The position numbers were made by a program, and so were the translations under genes. The notes below the pieces were generated by a model. The model was given only the letters and a program-made list of their open reading frames with translations. It was not told where the DNA came from and made no database searches. Shown piece after piece: positions 61,016 through 64,000 of a DNA stretch of 64,000 nt (position 1 is the first letter of the stretch; each line of letters begins with the position of its first letter). This stretch comes from Gemmatimonadota bacterium (GTDB lineage: Bacteria > Gemmatimonadota > Gemmatimonadetes > Palauibacterales > Palauibacteraceae). The DNA lies in NCBI GenBank assembly GCA_963666735.1, contig OY762926.1, positions 96,001 to 160,000 on the forward strand. Direction: 5' to 3'.

Positions 61016-62019
61016 ACACTGTTTACGTTCGTAACCATCGCGCGCGGGTCCGGCACCGCCGCGGCTCGTTGCTGGTGACGTCCCCGGACGGCAGCCAGCG
61101 CGTGCCGCTCGAAGCTGTTGACGCACTCGTGATGCTCGGCGGCGGACAGATCACGACCCAGGCGATCGAGGCGTGCGTTCGGCGAGGTGTGCGCGTCTCA
61201 GCGCTGCGGAGTAACGGTGCGGTCCGCTTCGTCGTTGGCCACGCCACAGGAGGTAACGTCCACCTGCGGACCGCTCTGTATGGCGCGGTGACGGATCACC
61301 ACCATTCTCTGGCGTTGTCGAAGGCGATCGTGGCCGCCAAACTCCAGAACAGCCGGAAGGTGGTCGGACGCTGGGCCCGGGACGAGAAGGATACCTCTGT
61401 CGCAGAAGGCCTCGCGTCTCGCTCCACCCAGATCCGGGCGCGGGTGCCCCGACTCGTTGACGCCAATAGCGGGAACCGTATTCGAGGCATCGAGGGGGAT
61501 GCCGCGAGAATCTACTTTGGCGGTGTACGGCAGGTTGTCTCGAAGTGCGGATTCCAGTTCTCGGCGAGGACTCGGCGTCCGCCCCGCGATCCAGTCAACG
61601 CCATGCTCGGCTTCTGTTACGGCTTACTAGTTACGGAGCTGATCGGAGCCATCGAGAGCGTCGGACTGGACTATCAGATGGGCTTCTTCCACCGGCCACG
61701 TTCCGGGAGACCGTCGCTCGCTCTTGACCTTGCCGAGGAGCTTCGGCCACTTACGGATCGTTTCGTTGTATCGCTGCTCCGGCGTCGCCAGATTGAGGCG
61801 GACGGCTTCGTGGAGACGCCCGGGGGTGGCGTCTATCTCAGCGACGATGGGAGGATACGCCTCCTCAAGGCTTGGGAGCGCCATAAGGAAGCCGAGATGC
61901 CCCATGCCATCCTCGACCGAAACATCGGACGCTGGGCGCTTCCATCGGTTCAAGCCACGCTCCTGGCGCGCCATCTGCGGGGCGATCTGCCGGCATACCC
62001 GCCGTTTGTCATGTCTTGA
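61003..62019 (+). CDS. cas1: CRISPR-associated integrase Cas1
   Basis: RGIEGDAARIYF, RRPPRDPVNAMLGFCY, GFFH, LALDLAEELR. Confidence 0.95.
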   Translation: MRYLNTVYVRNHRARVRHRRGSLLVTSPDGSQRVPLEAVDALVMLGGGQITTQAIEACVRRGVRVSALRSNGAVRFVVGHATGGNVHLRTALYGAVTDHHHSLALSKAIVAAKLQNSRKVVGRWARDEKDTSVAEGLASRSTQIRARVPRLVDANSGNRIRGIEGDAARIYFGGVRQVVSKCGFQFSARTRRPPRDPVNAMLGFCYGLLVTELIGAIESVGLDYQMGFFHRPRSGRPSLALDLAEELRPLTDRFVVSLLRRRQIEADGFVETPGGGVYLSDDGRIRLLKAWERHKEAEMPHAILDRNIGRWALPSVQATLLARHLRGDLPAYPPFVMS

Positions 62020-62022
62020 TGC

Positions 62023-62313
62023 ATGGATGTCCTGATCACGTACGACATCGCCGATACTCAAGGCGAGGGAGCGAACCGACTCAGGCGAATCGCTCAGGTC
62101 TGCGAGAAGTATGGAAGCCGAGTGCAGTTCTCGGTCTTCGAGTGTCGGCTTTCTCCTCCTCGGCTGGCTCGCTTGATCGGCGAAGTCGAGGACGTCATCG
62201 ATCACGACATCGATTCCGTGATCGTGTATCGCTTCTCGGGAGGGATCGAAGACGCCCGTCGTCGGTTCGGACGCTCAGGGGCCCATGAACTGGGGCAGCC
62301 TTGGGTGCTCTGA
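62023..62313 (+). CDS. cas2: CRISPR-associated protein Cas2
   Basis: LITYDI, CEKYGSRVQFSVFEC. Confidence 0.95.
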   Translation: MDVLITYDIADTQGEGANRLRRIAQVCEKYGSRVQFSVFECRLSPPRLARLIGEVEDVIDHDIDSVIVYRFSGGIEDARRRFGRSGAHELGQPWVL

Positions 62314-62505
62314 TCGATCTGCGAACCTCCGGTGATTCGCCCGAACTTGTCGGGGTGCACCTTCATCGCGCACGATTCCCAACACTTAGGGTGAAATCAC
62401 CCCGATGAAACGGCCATATGCCACCCACAGCCCGGTTTCTCAGCCTCCCAGACCTCGAGAAGCGCGACATCTTCCGCAGTTTCAGTCCTTCTGCAACATT
62501 TAGCA
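62314..62505 (+). promoter_or_regulatory. CRISPR leader
   Basis: Non-coding, lower-GC stretch between cas2 and the first repeat. Confidence 0.75.
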
Positions 62506-64000
62506 GTGTCGCTGGGGCTGACGCCCCGGCCTTCGTTGAGCGCTTCACCTCGTCCAGGTCGTCTAGAGCAGCACCATCGCGGGTGTCGCTGGGGCTGACG
62601 CCCCGGCCTTCGTTGAGCGGTCCGCGCGATGATCGACGAGACGGCCGCGGGCTCGACGTGTCGCTGGGGCTGACGCCCCGGCCTTCGTTGAGCGAGGCCC
62701 GGCCCCTCGACTCGCACGGGATCGCGCGGGTGTCGCTGGGGCTGACGCCCCGGCCTTCGTTGAGCGCTGCGTCGAATCCCCGAGCGCCTCGTCCGACAGC
62801 GTGAGTGTCGCTGGGGCTGACGCCCCGGCCTTCGTTGAGCGTCGTATCCGACACCGGTCTTCTCAACCTGCTTCATCATGTGTCGCTGGGGCTGACGCCC
62901 CGGCCTTCGTTGAGCGAATGCGGCGTCTCGCGAGCTCAAGAGCGGGACCGTCCGGTGTCGCTGGGGCTGACGCCCCGGCCTTCGTTGAGCGATCACAGCC
63001 CACCCTCCGCCTTGATCGCGTTTCTCACGTGTGTCGCTGGGGCTGACGCCCCGGCCTTCGTTGAGCGATGGACATCGCGGTCCAGCGCGTGGCGGACCTC
63101 CGGGCGTGTCGCTGGGGCTGACGCCCCGGCCTTCGTTGAGCGCCACGGTCAGGCGAACCTCTTCCGCGGGCCGGACTCGGGGGTGTCGCTGGGGCTGACG
63201 CCCCGGCCTTCGTTGAGCGCGGCCGGCGTGGTACGGCACGCGGCGCGGGTCGAAGGGTGTCGCTGGGGCTGACGCCCCGGCCTTCGTTGAGCGTCGCGTC
63301 CACGATGCCGCGGCGATCCGGAAGGCGAAGAGGTGTCGCTGGGGCTGACGCCCCGGCCTTCGTTGAGCGCCCAGTGCGGGCGGTTGTCTTTGATCCAGTC
63401 CTTGGGTGTCGCTGGGGCTGACGCCCCGGCCTTCGTTGAGCGGCTCCATCCGGTGCGGTGACGGCGGAAGTTCACATGTGTCGCTGGGGCTGACGCCCCG
63501 GCCTTCGTTGAGCGCCGCTTGCGCGTGTACAGCTTCGACCTGGCGGATGCGGTGTCGCTGGGGCTGACGCCCCGGCCTTCGTTGAGCGTCCAAGTCACCT
63601 TCCAGGACCGGGGTTGCGTGCGCCCGAGTGTCGCTGGGGCTGACGCCCCGGCCTTCGTTGAGCGGTGCCGGGATCCGTCGTACAGACCGACTGGCGGGGC
63701 ACGGGTGTCGCTGGGGCTGACGCCCCGGCCTTCGTTGAGCGGAGGAGGCCCGAAGCGCGCTGGCGCGGTGCGTCGAGGGTGTCGCTGGGGCTGACGCCCC
63801 GGCCTTCGTTGAGCGCTCGAGCCGGCTGTCCGGAAGGTCGACGGGATCGCGCGCGGTGTCGCTGGGGCTGACGCCCCGGCCTTCGTTGAGCGTCGTACGC
63901 GGTACCGCTAATGCGCCGACACAAGAGGTGTCGCTGGGGCTGACGCCCCGGCCTTCGTTGAGCGGTCTACGTCTTCACCGACTGGCGGATGTGGGTGAAC
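62506..64000 (+). CRISPR. CRISPR array: 20 identical 37-bp repeats GTGTCGCTGGGGCTGACGCCCCGGCCTTCGTTGAGCG, spacers 35-40 bp, likely continues past the window
   Basis: Repeats start at 62506, 62583, 62658, 62730 ... 63856, 63928; internal hairpin GGGGC/GCCCC. Confidence 0.99.

Larger units (their letters stand above)
50000..64000. mobile_element. Putative integrative mobilisable element / genomic island carrying CRISPR-Cas (right end outside window)
   Basis: Integrase at the boundary, mobC-relaxase, truncated host gene at the left junction, less GC-skewed codon use in cas genes. Confidence 0.6.

Noticed and set aside
50097..62313. CRISPR-associated transposon (CAST) interpretation
   Set aside because: No TnsB/TnsC/TniQ; Cas3 and the adaptation genes are intact; the recombinase is a tyrosine integrase
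62363..63924. ORFs with repeated peptides (LNEGRGVSPSDT, VSLGLTPRPSLS)
   Set aside because: Translations of the CRISPR repeats, not genes
62695..64000. 12-13 nt words shared between spacers (ACGGGATCGCGCG in spacers 3 and 18; ACCGACTGGCGG in 16 and 20)
   Set aside because: Flanks differ; too short to show duplicated or overlapping protospacers
62543..64000. Self-targeting of the window by array spacers
   Set aside because: No full-length match noticed by eye; a proper alignment was not possible, so this is not excluded
1..64000. tRNA, rRNA or riboswitch genes
   Set aside because: None recognisable by eye; a covariance-model search would be needed to exclude them

Overview
High-GC bacterial chromosomal window. 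Gene content (long-form IspH, many Tat-exported hydrolases, AtuA cluster) suggests Gemmatimonadota, but this is only an inference. 1-10.4 kb is a terpenoid-type cluster: two tandem squalene/phytoene synthases face an ispH - MpaB/Lcp-like oxygenase - RND pump - P450 operon, and an intact IS3-family element (4-bp AACT target duplication) splits ispH. 10.5-50 kb holds housekeeping and catabolic genes (Hsp70-like/HEAT pair, hydrolases, acyl-CoA/AtuA cluster, recQ, ECF sigma/anti-sigma/TonB receptor, rng-rplU-rpmA, MazEF-type TA, tandem amidohydrolases) mixed with many internally deleted gene remnants. 50-64 kb is an apparent integrative mobilisable element (tyrosine integrase, mobC, frameshifted relaxase) abutting an orphan 3' gene end, followed by a complete type I-G (I-U) CRISPR-Cas operon and an array of at least 20 repeats that runs off the window. 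The most notable unannotated signal is a degenerate repeat-spacer-repeat mini-array just upstream of the cas promoter, a candidate regulatory crRNA-like RNA (CreA/CreR-like).
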